DNA of 64,000 bases from Ramazzottius varieornatus (GCA_001949185.1 BDGG01000014.1:899378-963377), one strand, 5' to 3'; numbered from the stretch's first letter, positions 38,750-53,419 are shown. Made by a program: numbers and translations. The notes: a model not told the origin generated them from the letters alone.

Positions 38750-41215
38750 AGAAAGGGGGTTGTTGCGATGACCGAAGAGCGCTTTGCCTGGTCGAGTTGG
38801 TCGGCAAGTTTGCGACAACTGCAGGGAAGGACTTCGGGGTCACGGCAGTCACCTTTCCCTGAGCCCCAACTACACGTCTGTTGTTCGATGGTAAAGCTAG
38901 GGTACGCCAACTTTACGTTATCCGCGTCGATGGTGGGAATGCTGTTTCTCGAATATCTCGGGTAGCTGCTTTTCTAGCGCTTCGACAAAAGGCAACTACA
39001 GTGTGAAGGGAATACAGATGAAAGCTAACTCTCATCAGAAGTAGAACCGCGGTGGAGAAACCAGCAAAGTTTTCAATATCCGGCTGGTTATTCGGTAGCG
39101 CCAGATAAATTTTCTTCTTCAGTCTTTACAGCGGTCCGGTTTGACCTGCTTCTGCCCAAACTCTTCAATAGACACCCCTCTTTCATCCACAGCTAAAGTC
39201 AAACTCAATCGTGCAATGGGGAAGAAACTACATACTTTCTTCTCGAACGCGGAGCTCAATAAAAACTCCCCTTCATATTCCTTACAAGATTTTGTTCAAC
39301 GAATGACTTCCCAGCCTACGCTCTAATTTTGCAGTATGGCCATAAGTTTCTTTCACTTTATTGCAAAAATTTGCCGAGATCGAACGACCAAAGAATTTCT
39401 GGTGAACGCAGCTTTAAAACTTGTTGAACCCTCAGCTGCTGTGTAATGTTTCACAAAATCTAATCTACCCGGGCCTCGGGAGGAAGAAATTTTTCGTCGA
39501 CAAAGCTGAGTTATCGAGTCACTTATTTCCTGGGGGTTTTTTGAACAGCACCTGTTTTGTCGAAATTGAGGCGACAGTCGATAACCGGTTTGTTCTGCAC
39601 GTTTTGACATGGGTTATGGATTTTCGAGTGCGCTGGTTTCGAGAAAATAACAATCTTAACGAAGAAGGCACAATTTTCATGATTATGTTACAAAATAAAG
39701 CGAATCCAGCAATGCAACGTGAAGCTGAGATACAGCTCCCTTATGTTCAAACGAAAGACAGGCCTCACACTATTTTCATTAAAAAGAAAGAATCAAAGTA
39801 TTCCGTCTGTCTAGAGATAGAAGTTCTTAAATTAAGCACACGTAGTCACTTTTTTAGACAGTTCTTTAAAGGTTTTCGCCAGACCTGTACATTAATGTTT
39901 AAATTAATTTCAAATGTTTTCAAATGTTTAAATTACTCTAACCAAATTATCCCCCGCGATTTTCCGAAATGTTCGAAAACGGTATTGCAGATCTCGAAAT
40001 AAATTGCGGATCTGCAAAATATTGCGAGCCCAGCCGGCCAACCTCAATACGCTTTTGTGTGGCTCTACTTCTAAGGTAATCCCTTCCCAGTGCGGATACG
40101 ACTGCACAACTCATTCCTCTCGAACGTCAGTATGGTTGCATACTCGACGGCGCGGCGAATTCTATCAAATTCAACGGGACTAGCAGAGTGCGAAGCAATG
40201 CGTGGAAAATCGGAAGTTCTTCTAGACCTCCTCCCGTTTATTTCCCGGATTTTTTCTGATTTCCTGGTGTTGTTGGTCATGTCATATGTCATGTGCCAGA
40301 AGGCGTGACCTGCCATGTTGTATGATGTGACCTGACATGATATGTTAGCGGTTTCAATACACTGTGGCTTGATTTTTGATTGATCGGCAAATTGGGAAGC
40401 TTCACAATTTGCCGACCTGCTCTTTTCATCCATCTCATACATTTTTTCAAATCTGAAGTCATTCTTCTCTTTTTCTTGTGAAAGTAGAGAACAATAAGCT
40501 TGCCCTGTCTGAAGAATCAAACGTAATCCTCGGCAGGTTGGCCAATTGATCAAAAGCTTTTCTGGAGTTGGTTGTAAACGGCTGACACAATGGAAACCTT
40601 GGCTCATTCATGGCGGCTTACTCAGATCATATCTCCTTCTTTTCGGACTTTGAGTTTCTACCAATGTTTACAGACGCGCAGCTCGACAACAAAAGTGAAT
40701 GGTCTATTCATCAATATCCTCCTTCAAAAAATTTGCGTCACAAACCCAACTTAATTCGCTACCAATTATGGCGCCCAATATTCTACCTCATTCCTCTCTG
40801 TTTTTCAATATCTGGCACTTGAAAAAAATTTCGCTTCACAGTCGGTCTTTTTTCTGCCATACCCGCACTACTAACATATGCGATGCTGGCTTCTAAGTTT
40901 GTCTAACGATCCAAGTTTTCCTATAATTTGCGAATTCAGCGAATTTTGACAGTCTTGTGAATTCATCCACTTTGACGAACCTAATCTTGTCGGTACAACA
41001 TCATCTTTCAGACGTCGAAACTTATCCGAACCAAACTCCTGCTCCGAAAGATGAGCATCACAAATCCAAGCGGGACCACGACCAACATGTTTCAATCCCA
41101 AACTCGAAACACCACTTCCTCCTCACATCCTCGTTTACCGGAACTGAATATAAAGTTCTACCCTTTCTATGTTTTTCCCATAGTAATATCCACATTCAAT
41201 GCATTTTTTGTGCAA
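38750..41215 (-). pseudogene. THAP-domain gene remnant (THAP at about 40975-41215; downstream extent uncertain)
   Basis: CIEC / LYSVPVNEDVRRKW / ICDAH / RRLKDDVVPT, joined over two frameshifts. Confidence 0.65.
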
Positions 41216-42084
41216 TTACTCGAACTCGGCAAATTGGCAATCTTCCCAAATCGCCGACCACTAATATTAACTGTTAAATCTCACCGAGAAACAAGTCCCC
41301 AAAATTGCCGAAAAACAACCCCCTGAAAACCGCACGAACACGCTGCTTTCCCCGATAAAAATCTCCTCAAAAGAAATTCCATTCATCTTACTCGACCCCG
41401 AACTTAGCCAAGCCTGTACTGAGAGCTGTAATTCAACCTTATCTCTCTCCTTCTAGTCTTTTGTATCTACCACTCAACACTGCGCCACCTAGCACTTAGC
41501 ACAGACCCACCTCTCACAGAGCACACTACTTCCATTGGCTCTAGCTAAACCATTCCTCATCATACACTCAACACCACCTCGACATACTGCCCTTCGTCGT
41601 GCGAAAACGTTCAAACGGCATACCACGCACACCAAGACAAAAAAGCATAGCCTCCCTCAAAATATTCTACTCCACATATTTTCAGAGCATGAGTCCATCT
41701 CCCACTCAATTAGTCGAGACCCTTGTGAGATCTCTAACATGACACAGCAGCCCGGAATTGGTAGAAGTTATCTAGGCTGAGAGCCACTATAACTTAGCAG
41801 TCGCCCTACTCTCTGCTAATCCCTGATATACTTAAACGGTGTCTTGTTCTACGACACAGCAAGCTGCGAGCGAGCCGAAGGCGAGCGAACAGCTTGTGGA
41901 TTCGCAATGTAACAGCCGGACAGTGAAATATTTTACATGGTCAGGCTCGCTGTCACTAATTAGGATCGTTGGATGGGACAAGGTATGATTTAAGTATTAC
42001 GCCTTCAATTTCTTCCACACAAAGAACCCATCAACCTTTCAAAATAATCTCCCGTCATGTTCTACTGAGCTACCCTCCTGAAAT

Positions 42085-42355
42085 TACAGTCCTACCTGTG
42101 AGATGTGACAGTTCGAACGCCCGATTTCAGTTCCGGACGGTACGTGTGTACACGGGGCTGCTCGCCATGCTGTTACCGATCAGCTGATGAGACCGATCAG
42201 CTGATCGGACACGCGCTTAATTACTTGATCAAGTCAAGTGATAACCGGACGTCGATCAGCTGATCGTGCTGCGCAGTGCATGGCCAGCAGTCTCGTGCAG
42301 AATTGCTGTCCAGTGGCAGAAGGAGCAATTGTCACATCTCACAGGTAGGACTGTA
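42085..42355. mobile_element. MITE with TA TSD (Tc1/pogo-like)
   Basis: TA-CAGTCCTACCTGTGAGATGTGACA...TGTCACATCTCACAGGTAGGACTG-TA. Confidence 0.9.
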
Positions 42356-42499
42356 ACCAAATTATTTGTGTGTTTCATTTTGCACAGTATCATCAAAACC
42401 TGTCATTGTTGCTGCAAATATTTATGGTAGTTGCTAATTAAATCTACCGCTTTAAACGGAACCGCAAATCGCACGGCGCTCCTAATATCCGAACATTTT

Positions 42500-43060
42500 G
42501 AAGAAACAGTTTATGTGGTCCCCGGTCAGCAGTCTAACTCGCTTGGCGACGTTGTGCGAACCACCCTTGAATGTTGCAGTACAGTGTCCAACACGTACCC
42601 CAGCCGAAGCGTCATCTCAATGTCATCTTTCCGGACCCACCTACCCACTCCCTCTGATGACGTAATGCGTGAATCATGCCTAGCTCCGACGTCGCTTTTC
42701 GGACGATGCAACATACATTGTCGTGTATGGTAATATGCAGCATCGTGACGTATTCTACTTAAACGGAGGAAAAGTTGAGTTTACAGTTCTTAATGGGCCT
42801 AGTGTTGTACGAATACCGCGCACTGCGGTACGTACAGCCTCGCTTTGTGACTCGATTGCTGTTGATAGCTTGTTCAGAGGAAGCAGCTGTTTTCCTTTAT
42901 GGCTGAGGTGCCGAGTGCGATGAGTTACCGCCGTAAACACCGTAAGCTCGGAATTTCGTCCGAAAAATCGATGGCGCTTAACTATCGACTCGGCTACAGT
43001 AGCATTGTGGACCCCTAAACGTTCGCATGCTGTCACAGTAACCTCCAGAGTACTGGGGTT
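42500..43060 (-). pseudogene. Possible highly decayed ANF-receptor ectodomain fragment
   Basis: Weak similarity only (VLDTVLQHSRV versus MLEEIASRSRV). Confidence 0.25.
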
Positions 43061-43140
43061 GGAAAATTTTCTCACGAACTGTCAGCAGGTAGGTGTTCAT
43101 CACTAAGTGGATTCCATAGTGTACATACAAGCGAGAGCGC

Positions 43141-43336
43141 GGCGGACCCAGAGCCTGGCCGAGCTAGGCCGCGCCCAGGACTTTCCGACGTCACGAGGAG
43201 TTTGTTCAGATCGCTTCGCTGGTCGTAATGATATACCGACACACGCAATCAAAACTGTCAATCAACTAAGATTGTTATTAGAGTGACGTCGAAAAGTCCA
43301 GGGCGCAGCCTGGCTCGGCCAGGCTCTGGGCGGACC
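43141..43336. mobile_element. hAT-type MITE
   Basis: 8-bp TSD GGCGGACC (43141-43148 and 43329-43336); TIR CAGAGCCTGGCCGAGC. Confidence 0.9.
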
Positions 43337-44636
43337 CGCAGTATAACAACGCGTGACCACTGTTTTTTCCGCATGGGTTGCCATCGGGAAGTTGCGCCTT
43401 CAGCCATATGTGAATTCCGATTTGTTAAAGCCTTTCAATGATGTGTCAAGCAGATCAGGCCGACATCTCTCTGAACGCCCGAGGCAGTCGAGATCAATCG
43501 ATGTTAGCTGGGCGAGCACGGTATAACATAGAAGCCGGCATTAAGAACACATTTCACAGTAGTTATCCGAGAATTAATAAAGCCGGGACTTTTGTACGAG
43601 GCAATGAGAAACTGATGTGACCGAGACAGTAATAACGTGGTAGAGAGGCACTGGCGTTATTCCGGTGTCAGTAAACGGCAAGTCTGGATATGACGCCTGT
43701 CGTAGCCGGTTGGCACCAGTATCCGTATGCGTGCGACAGGGTGCTTTTCAGCATTAACTTTCAGAAAATATTGGAGGGCATCAGAAACCATCGTTCGACA
43801 AGCTTCGACAGCATATGGGGAGGCTTCTGGATAAGGATGCGCTTTCCGCCTGACCTTTCCAATGCAACGGAATTCGGAGCGGATATTCCGAATTCCAAAT
43901 TCCAAATTCCGTTCCCTTTTCCGTTTTTCGAAACGTCGGATCAAAAATCGGAATTTGGTCGATGAGTTTGGAAGTCGGTTAACATTCTGGTCATGCGATA
44001 CTCATGGTCGGCATTGTGGTCAAACAATATTTTGAGATGATGCAGCTACAGTTTTCCTGTACACACCTGTCAAATTAGGAATCGACTGCTGGGCGATTCG
44101 GCCGTCCATGGTTCATGCATCGTTAGTGGAAATGAAAATGCGACGATGAAGCGAACGCCTTGGATAATGGACGCCGCCACTTGCCTGGCAGTTCAGGGCG
44201 GTCCTGGTTGAAGTAAAAGTCCATCTGTAACCGGCAACCACTCAGGTGACAAGCTGTCCCACGTGGGAATAGAGCTCAGAGAGGCTGCTTATATCGTCAA
44301 GCAGATCAGCAAGCGAGGGCCGCAATGTAGTCCCAGATCCACCTCGACAAGCCATAGTAACTTGATCATGTTACCGCAGAACTTATCTCAGTTGACCCTT
44401 GCTGCATTCGGTCCCATTAGCAATAAACTTTTGTGTGCCGTCTGGTTACATGTGTCAGTGTCAGCAGATCCAGCAAAGCGCAGCCAGTACAGTATCGTAT
44501 CTCCGAAGGGTGAGCCAGAGTTCGTTCATGACACAGAGCGCAACGCTAGCTGTAGTTTACGCCTTTCTGCGTCGATGAATGACTCCTCGTTTTCTCATCC
44601 GGAAACCATTTGTGCTGGAGCAGTCCTAAGTATTGT

Positions 44637-45870
44637 GTCAATGCTAACCTTTCGCGTTTGGATCAACTAATCAAATCCTGCCGTTTCATGACTTTGTATA
44701 AAATGGGTGCGACCATTACCACCGCCTCGAACCGCTAAAAATCTACGGTCAACGCATTCGCCAGAAATTATAACTTCTGATTCGGGCGGTATATTTCTGC
44801 TTTTAAGCATGTCACAGGTAGCCTGGTTATTTTTCTATTTATTTTAGCTGTTAACAGCACAGAAAAAGCAGACAAAATCAAGAAAACGATTTTTAAAAAA
44901 TGCCTAAAAATCTGCGAAAGTCGTCTTTTTCGAGGGTCTTCCTTTGTGACAAAAATTCGTCATACGGCCGTGTCTCGTACAACTTGCCAAATTTTGTTTT
45001 TGATTATGATAGGCCATTGTTTTTGCTATCTACGGATGCTATGTTCGACGCGAAAAAGTTTCGATGGAGAGAGCTCTGATTTTTAGAAGGTGGTAGCGAT
45101 GTGGCCCGAACGGGCTGTAGTTCGTATTCAACTGTCAAGTCGTTATTTTGCGAGTTGTTGACACAGTAATGCATCAATCTTTTGCCACATTCTTTATTGA
45201 GTCGGTTCAAGAGCCGCTTTCTGTTCTCTGCGAACAGGATTCGTAAATGTGGAAAGATTCTTCTAAAGTTCTTCTAAATCTGCCCGCAAACAGAAAAGCG
45301 GTTCAGAATAACTAGACAAAGCAAGCGTCCACTATCGTTTGGCACACAACCAGNNNNNNNNNNNNNNNNNNNNNNNNNNNNNNNNNNNNNNNNNNNNNNN
45401 NNNGCGCACAGCGTTGGCTTTCAGCACCGTGTCTACGTCGTTGAACTGTTGCATTGAGGTTGGCGTATACAATTTCAGACGTGGAAGCGAATCCCGGAGA
45501 TAGATTGGAGCGGACCAGTGCTGTGCCCGTTGGCCGAGAGCAGTACCGTCGCCTACGCTGGGATCTCCCTCGAAACCTAGTTGGCATCGCCAGAAAGTTT
45601 TTGTACACGACTCGCGCAGTCTGATAACAGCAGGCTCCGGTGGCCTTCCCATGTCGTAAACTAACAGCACTATCTTGCTCAAACGGGAGTCCTCTCGGTT
45701 TGGAGCAGTTTTAAGTATGACGGCGACCAGTCCCACACCTTCGGTTAAAGCAAGCATCTTACCTCAGTATCACTTCCTAGTGTTTTATCGATTATTCGAG
45801 ACCGACTCGATCATGGCAACAAAACTAATGAAATCGTCTCGGTGTCTGGTGTCTTCGATAGGTCTGCTTT
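44637..45870. repeat. Arm B of the inverted duplication, containing an N gap
   Basis: Reverse complement of 20760-22332; gap at about 45354-45403. Confidence 0.9.
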
Positions 45871-47694
45871 ACCTATGCGCCTGTTGGGGTCATTTCCATT
45901 TATCGCCTGTCGGATTTTGTCGCTATGCAGAGTGGGCTGCCATCACCCACGCTAACAGAAGTTATTTCTGCACTTCCCATTATAGCGAAAGAAATCCGCG
46001 GACCTCTGGTCGTCACGATGTCCTACAGGAACGGCAAGCGGATATATCAATTAATGAGATATTTTGTGGTATCCGGAGACCAAATCGCTGTACGTCTGCT
46101 AGTACGGTTGGAATGGTTTGCTCTTCCTGCATCGGCTGTTCCTTTGGCATCACAGTCTAATCCAACGCAGGCTGTGCTTGCTTCTCGGCTGTACTCTAAT
46201 GCTGAAAGAAGCAACGTGTCGAGTTCTTACAAAAGCTTGGCCGGTGGAAATGCGGCGGTTACAAGCTTTTGGTGAAATTTTGTATTAGACCTCGTGTTTG
46301 GAGGCTACTCATACTTTCTCAATGATCAAATTCTCATTATTCTGGTACTTTGCAGTCTGACAATGCGCAGAAAGCTCAAGGTCATTGGTCAAAAAATAGA
46401 GTGTCACAAATCTACTCTAGCTGGTTGCAAAAGAGTTGCGACCGACGGGTACATTGCGTTGATCGACCACGTAACTGATCTGCACAGCGAAGCTCGCATT
46501 TGTTGGTCGGCAAACAACAGGAACTTCATGCTTATATTTGGGGCAGCGTTTGGCCTAGACCCAATGATCATGTTAGGACAGGTGGTGTTTTTGGTCGGCA
46601 CTTTGCGTGCTTTTGATTCAAGACTTCATGAGCCCTGGAAAATCGCTCCCATGATTGGGCTTCAGGTTTCAGCCGTTGTTTTCGCTGCACCGCACTGCAC
46701 TTGCTGACCACGGCGATGCCTCTGGTGATGGTGTACGAGCAAGTAAGAGATATCGCGCCTATTAAGGACACAAACGACTACTGATAGTATCTTCTGTTTT
46801 CTAAGTCGTCGGTGTTACGGGAGCAACTGCTGGACTACGAAGGAAAGCTGTTACCAGTACTCAGAACAGCTGAGGTTGGTGAGACTTGATTTGGTAGTCA
46901 TCTGCCCGTGGTAATGTGCACACAACAAAATTATGTGAACTTCGCGGGAGTTATAAGCAGATATGCGCAGCTTCTTCAAAAATGTGTGGGGTGGTACTAT
47001 CGGTCTGGGATCAGATTCACGCGTATCACTACGACGTAATCAGCATGGAGATTTCTACTCCGAAAATCCAGCATGGTTATTAGAGAATGATATCGTTCTT
47101 TATGCTTGGCCGAGCCGAGCCGGTCGAGCCGAGTACGTATCTTTGGCCTCTAGATTTTGCGAGACTCTCGATCTGTCGCTTTTCTCCAAGGATCGTATGC
47201 CGGGATTTGCGAGATTAGGACGAAAGGGTAGCAAAAACGTGCATTTGTAACACACATTACAAGCAAACTGAAGTAGGTGGAACGGAGGTCAGGACTTGTG
47301 ACCTACAGTCCGGAATGTTCGTTTTGATAATCGTCATGGCGGCTACCTCAGTTCTACTGTATCTGATATGATTCACGAAGCCATTGTAAAAGTTTAAACG
47401 AACGGATGATCATCACTCCTCTATAGGGGAGGTGCCTCGAGAACAGCCTGAGAAGTCTGCAAAAGCGAATGGACGGATCATACTTCTGCTTCCATGTAGC
47501 GGAGATATTCTACGTCACCAGGTCGTCCGTAATGACGGTGAGTTTTCCTCGGCAGTATTGTCAACGGATAATTTGGATAGTGCACCCGTTTTGTTCGTAA
47601 ACGCTCACCATACAGCGGCTCACCTTTCTACCTTGCAGACGTTCACTCTCGTATAGTCACCTTTGCGTTGGTTGCCAAAGATATACTGAATTAA
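45717..47694 (+). pseudogene. Gustatory receptor-like pseudogene (paralog of the 19.5-20.9 kb copy)
   Basis: Same exon structure; TGA at 46273, frameshifts near 45.9 kb and 46.7 kb and in the last exon. Confidence 0.75.
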
Positions 47695-50600
47695 GAAACG
47701 ACGTAAGTTTCTAGCGGATTTACACGGTCATGATTTTATCATTAACCAAAGAAACTCGATCTTGACCTCTCATGCCCATGTGTCATACAAATGTGCTCGT
47801 CAAAGCCCCCCCCCCCCCCCCCGNNNNNNNNNNNNNNNNNNNNNNNNNNNNNNNNNNNNNNNNNNNNNNNNNNATGCCCATGTTTCATACAAATGTGTTT
47901 GTAAAAGCCCCCCCCCCCCCCCCCGTTGGGCGACCATGCTTCTTGTATGTCTATCCGCTTGACATTTAGAAGTGCCGGAAAGTCTCCAACGGGACTGTTT
48001 GTGCAGACAAGTTAATGTTATCAACGTGAGTGTGCACACGTGAACGTCCCTCGTCGGTAACGCGTTCTTTCGGCGCAGACCGTGAACCTGTGAACATTTT
48101 AACCTGGCGTATGAAGCAGCAGTGATACAGGCGTATTTGCTCGTTATTCGGATTCAGTGGAATCTAGACCTGTTGGGGGGCCTGCTAACGTGTTCAGTAG
48201 TCAGCCGCGGAGTTCCCAAAGCGGGTCGAATGGATGACACTGCCATTGTCAAAATCGGACGAGAATAAAAGTGTTTGTGCAGACTATGGTCAACGTGACA
48301 CTAATTGCTGAAGTTTCGTGCTTTGGCTGAAGCGTTGGACTTTCTGCCAATGCTCAATACCCCATAGCGCAGCACTCATGGGCTGTTTTTGCCAGAAAAT
48401 GAGGTAAACCAGCAGTTTCAATCTAAATACCACTGCCCTTTTAGGCTTTTGACTATTCTGCTCATTCTCCAAGGAACGGAGCCTCTTTGCTCCCTGAGCC
48501 TGTTAATCGATTTGCCCCTTGCAACACACAGGGCCTGGTCACACCATCTCTGGCCCTCGTTTTCACATCGGCTAAGTTGAACTCTTCAGTTGGTTAGCAT
48601 CTCCTACTCAGTACGTCGTTATTCAGTCGCGATCTTCGAATCAATCTGAACAAACTTATAGACGTGGGAAAAATGCGGAGCGGAGGACCGGCGGATAGAA
48701 ATACAGAAATTACAGTAGCTACTGGACATATGCGGCATATATTGATACATGTGTGTTGCCGTTTGCGCTTGTATAAGAAACAGCGCCAGTCATCTCGTTC
48801 GGAAGTACAAACTAAAGTGGAAAATACATAGTGCTAAGCAAGTTTGCGGTTTTAATCGGTCATAATTCCAATGCCAACTGCAGGAAGATCTAACGAAGTG
48901 GAACAACTGATAAATGATGTCAACTGGAACGGTCTTCGATATCGAAAGCACTCTGCTTCTTTTAAGCGTCTGTTAGACGTATTGCGATTCTGAGTGGCTC
49001 TCGAGGGCAGTAAAGTGAGACAAACGTAACACCTATTATGCAGGCAACCGCATGTTTCTGGTCTCGACCTTGCTCAGCCTGTTCCGGGAATGAAGATCCC
49101 ATGACAGTCGCGCAGTTTTCGTCTCTCTGTCTCGGAGGGGAAAACGGGCCGAGCTGCCGCTCTCACTGCGCAGAGAAATCAAGAAAACAACATTGCTGCC
49201 ATCCCTGTCGGAGCACCAGCTGGTGTTACAACAGTATCCACATTCAGATGTACAGTACCACCTCCGGGTAAAAACTTGCGAACCCGAAATCGACCTTCAC
49301 GTGGCAGTCAGGAGCTGGACAATGGCAGACCATGTACGCCGCTTTTTGCCGTCGAAGTCGAAATGAGACAGCGAGAAGTAAATGAGACAGAGCGAAATAT
49401 CCGCCTGATCCAGTTGCCAAAAGTTTTTATGGCATTTGTGCAAGAGATGAACAAAAAGGACATTTTACGTAGTGATTTATTCGCACTCGAAAGGTGGAGG
49501 AGGAGCAGGCGCGTTGACCAGATAGGGCTGTATTTACGAGGCTTAGAGGCTTCGGTAAGACTAGCAGCTGGATCGAGTCTGGCTGCGGCACGCGGCAAAT
49601 CGGCATAGTAAGACGTATCTGCCCGATGCCGAGAGTTGATTACCGAGATGTCTTCAGTCCGCTGACCCGATACGGCTGTTTTCGGGTTAGGAAGTTGGAG
49701 TGTACCGCTTATGAGCTTCGTTGAAGGTGAAGAACGATTGAGACCATGAGCTGGAAGAAGCTGTTTTGAAAAATTTTCTGTAAATCTTACCGTTGCTCTT
49801 TCTCTTCTTCCCTATTCCAGGTGTTGTCCACCCACATTCTTCCTTTTTCTGTAGCAACAATTAGCCCCGTGCGTTGACAACATGCACAGAACGTTGAGTT
49901 TGAAACCGCAAGAGAAAGGGTTTTTTTCCTGCTTTTCTGAATTTTTGCTCGTCCGGATTTCAACCCGTATATCTCTGGCACCCAATGTTTCGGAAGAAAA
50001 CTTGACACAGCTTCTGCAAGAAAATTTTTTGGTATATGACACGAACAGATAACAGAAGTATTTGAAAGAATCTGGACGTTCGACAAAATTGTTCAACCGA
50101 AAGTGCCATGTTTTGCACCAAACGGCCAGTTTTACTAAATTGATTTTGCTGCACGACTAGCATTGACGATTTGATTATTCAACAGCCTATTCGAAAGCTT
50201 AATGTTGATGCACTGCAGTGCAAAAAGTTTGGAGGAGAACGCTTGTCCCGGACGAAAGATATGATTTTTTGAAGTTAATGGTCAGAAAAACGTTGCAAGT
50301 CATACTTCCGCACCTAATAATATTGTAACAGTAAGATATCGTTTCTTCCCCGGGAAATAACCGCGCGCCATCCATCAACTACTCGTGCTTCAAACACCTT
50401 TACTGAACCCAAAATGCACCCAAAATGCTCTGTACCAAACCAGGACTGATCCCAAATGTTATATGGTCAGTATAATGGATCGCAGGCTCGTCCGATCAGG
50501 GTATGACGACTGCTTACTGTTCGTAAAGCACCAAACTATCTTTTGAATGCGGAGCCAATCAGAAACTTAAAGGAGTGGCCTACGAGTAAACGCGGGTCTG

Positions 50601-53419
50601 AGCTTAAGTCCAACACAAGACCCTGACGTAGCCTGATTTTATGTTACTTTTGTGACCTCTCCAGCAACCTCTGCTTAATGGCAATACCATTCTCGGGTCA
50701 GCCGCAGACAGAGTTCAAACCCACTGGTGCGCGAACACTTCGCGCACCAGCGGGTCCATGTTTGAGAGTCTAACCGCCATTTGGGACGTCGGCAAAATGA
50801 AACGCCATGAACAGGGCACGCCTACAGCGGGCCTAATGACCCCATGGAAAAATGTCCCCGCTGGCTTCCACCGCAACCCCACATTACCGACATTTGCCGC
50901 TTCTTGGGTATAATTCAGCCAGGCAACAATATGGGACCAGATGGTCCCACATTGATCCACTTTTGGATGTGCCCTGAAAGCTAAAGGTGAATCGTAGCGC
51001 TTGGATGGGGTGGTTTGATATGGGACAGTCCCATATTGGTGCCGCAATGCAGTCTACGGCGGTCCGGCGATGAGACAGCATCAAAGAACTTTTGAGTAAG
51101 ATAACGATAGCCAACGCAATAACCTATCTGGTATTTGCGTTCCGTACCCCGATCAGTTTCAAACCTGTTTCTTGAACGCAGATTACTGATTCCCGTTCCA
51201 GAGGCGGAACGACTCTGGTCCACATGGTCCAACCCATTTAGAATTCAGGGTATCACTACACTGGTACCGTTGGCTTGACCTCACTGTCTCTATTGCAGAC
51301 GTGCTATTGTCTGCCTATTGTTATGAACCGCCGAAACATGACTGCTCGCTATTAGAACCGAGGATCAATCAGGCAGACCACAAGCCTGCAATAATAACAA
51401 ATTTGATAATAACAGATGATGGATAGTAAACATAGCGACAAGGCAACCGATAGAAAAATCCGACAAATTCACCAGAAGCACACCTGAGCACCTCACTCAA
51501 GATTATCCTAAGTGAAAACGACCGACAACAAACCAACTAGAACGTAAGTTGAACAGCAAGAGAAGCTGGGTACTTCAAATTAATTTAAAACAAGTTAAGA
51601 ATGCTAAAACAGAGGTTCAAATGGCTCACAAAAAGCTCTAAAAAGAATTGAAACGCTGAACAAAACAGTCGACTAAAACTGCCGGCTCTTTACAGGGACT
51701 ACGCTTTGTTAACATCGTCGCTGCTGTCGTCGAGAGAGAGAGAACGCGTTTTTCGGTATTGGAAGTTTGACGAAGCGACCGTCGGCGTTCAGCTTCAAAA
51801 TTTTGTTGACCCTCGCCAGGGCCGACACCTTGAAAGCCTCGGTGGAGTGGTCACCAGAAATAATCGCTCTAACAACAGCATTCTGCATTCGGCAATGGTG
51901 CAGTACCTTAGCTTTCAACATGTATCTAAACAGATGAACATTACTATGTTGCCAAAATGGCTGAAATATTGTCGCAGAATCAAGGACCTCTCAATGCTAT
52001 TTTATAACGCGAAAACACCGTCGATAACTTCCGTCGCGTTTCGGTACCGCAACTAATTTTCACCGTCGTCTGAAATAGCAGTGGGCTGAGGTAGTATTTC
52101 GATCGGTGGGTGTAGTGTACAGACCAATGTTTTTTCGGTACGGTGAAATGAGGGTCCTTCCACCACAAGCACTATCGATCTTTTCTCTCAACGCCATACC
52201 TATAGCTAATCAATAAGACAATAATGGCCCCTTAAATTATATGTACTTTGACTATTGAGAATGATAGCAGCCAATCGATAGTCCGCCAATCCAGAAGGGC
52301 GGTTAGAGAATAATAATTACAACTGTCCCTCTTACATACTGTGATAGGCTGAAATAAATTTGGGCTTTGTTACTTAAGGATACTTTTCCTTGCAGAACCA
52401 CCAATACAATTCGAAGTGAGGGATGGACAGTGGTGTGGGGGAGGGAGCACCGAAAAAATTCGTTGCGCCTGCGGAATAACGATTCGAAAAAAACTGGGAA
52501 CTCAGCATAAAATTCGACAAAATCATTCTCCCAAGTGGCGCACATTCTCGGTCCCATCGGCCAGAAGCGTGAGCCACTGCAATGGATTATCGAGCTGGCC
52601 GAGTTTGTTTGTTCGTTTCGGGTTAACTGCTTACTCTTACACGGTAAGAAAGAGCCGCTGATCATTAGGAGCCTGACCTAGAGGAAGAAACGTCGCTATA
52701 GTGGAAAACAAGCACAAGGCCAACTGCTCGCGGTCCTACTGTCCTAGACTGTGCTTCCGTCGCGAACGGAAACCGAAGACTACAAAACAAAGGATCAAGC
52801 ATTTCCCGTTTCTGATGTAATCTCAATTTCTTTCCCGCAAACTTGAAGTGACATGTGGTTAGATATCGGGCGTTGGGTATCGTGGCCAAGCAGATGGATG
52901 ATTCCTAGTAGATTGATGCTTCCTAACAGTCCCCGGTCTTCGGATACGGCAGCATAATGAGCCGAATGTGTTAACAGGAAGTTCGATGGCGAGAAGGCAG
53001 CAATGGATTGTCCTGGTCTGTTCATGCCTGCTAGCTTTCTCCGGTAATTTCTTTCACACATCCTCAGTCCCCTGAGTCGTCGACTACAACGACAATCGTC
53101 AGCGTGCACCGTTATCAGCAATGTCATCACGGATTCGACTGTGGACCCTGCAATAGTGAACGCCACCGACCCATCAGCCTACAAGAAACCGGACCACTGT
53201 CTCCACCTGGACAGCACCGAATACAACAGTCTCTCCGCCACTTTCACATACGCTACCGCGACTGCCGCGGTCTTTGCTGCTTTGGCGGTCAAACATTCTG
53301 GTCGGCGATGGTTGATCTGATCTTCCGGACTACTCGCAGTTACAGGCGCGTAAGTATACTGGTAGTCTATGTGCTCCGCTAAAGTTCGCCAATTTTACGA
53401 ACGTTTATTCTTTTATTGC

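Noticed and set aside
39421-40002. MATH-like plus-strand ORF
   Set aside because: No convincing motif; more likely antisense to the decayed THAP gene.
25400-42000. Terminal inverted repeats of the CACTA element
   Set aside because: Only short matches with inconsistent spacing (about 26.2-26.4 kb versus 38.35-38.54 kb); the ends could not be defined by eye.
47765-47935. Tandem repeat with poly-C
   Set aside because: The two copies flank an N gap at a homopolymer; probably overlapping contig ends.
48900-51250. Coding fragments
   Set aside because: Short ORFs with no motif I can recognise; a translated search is needed.
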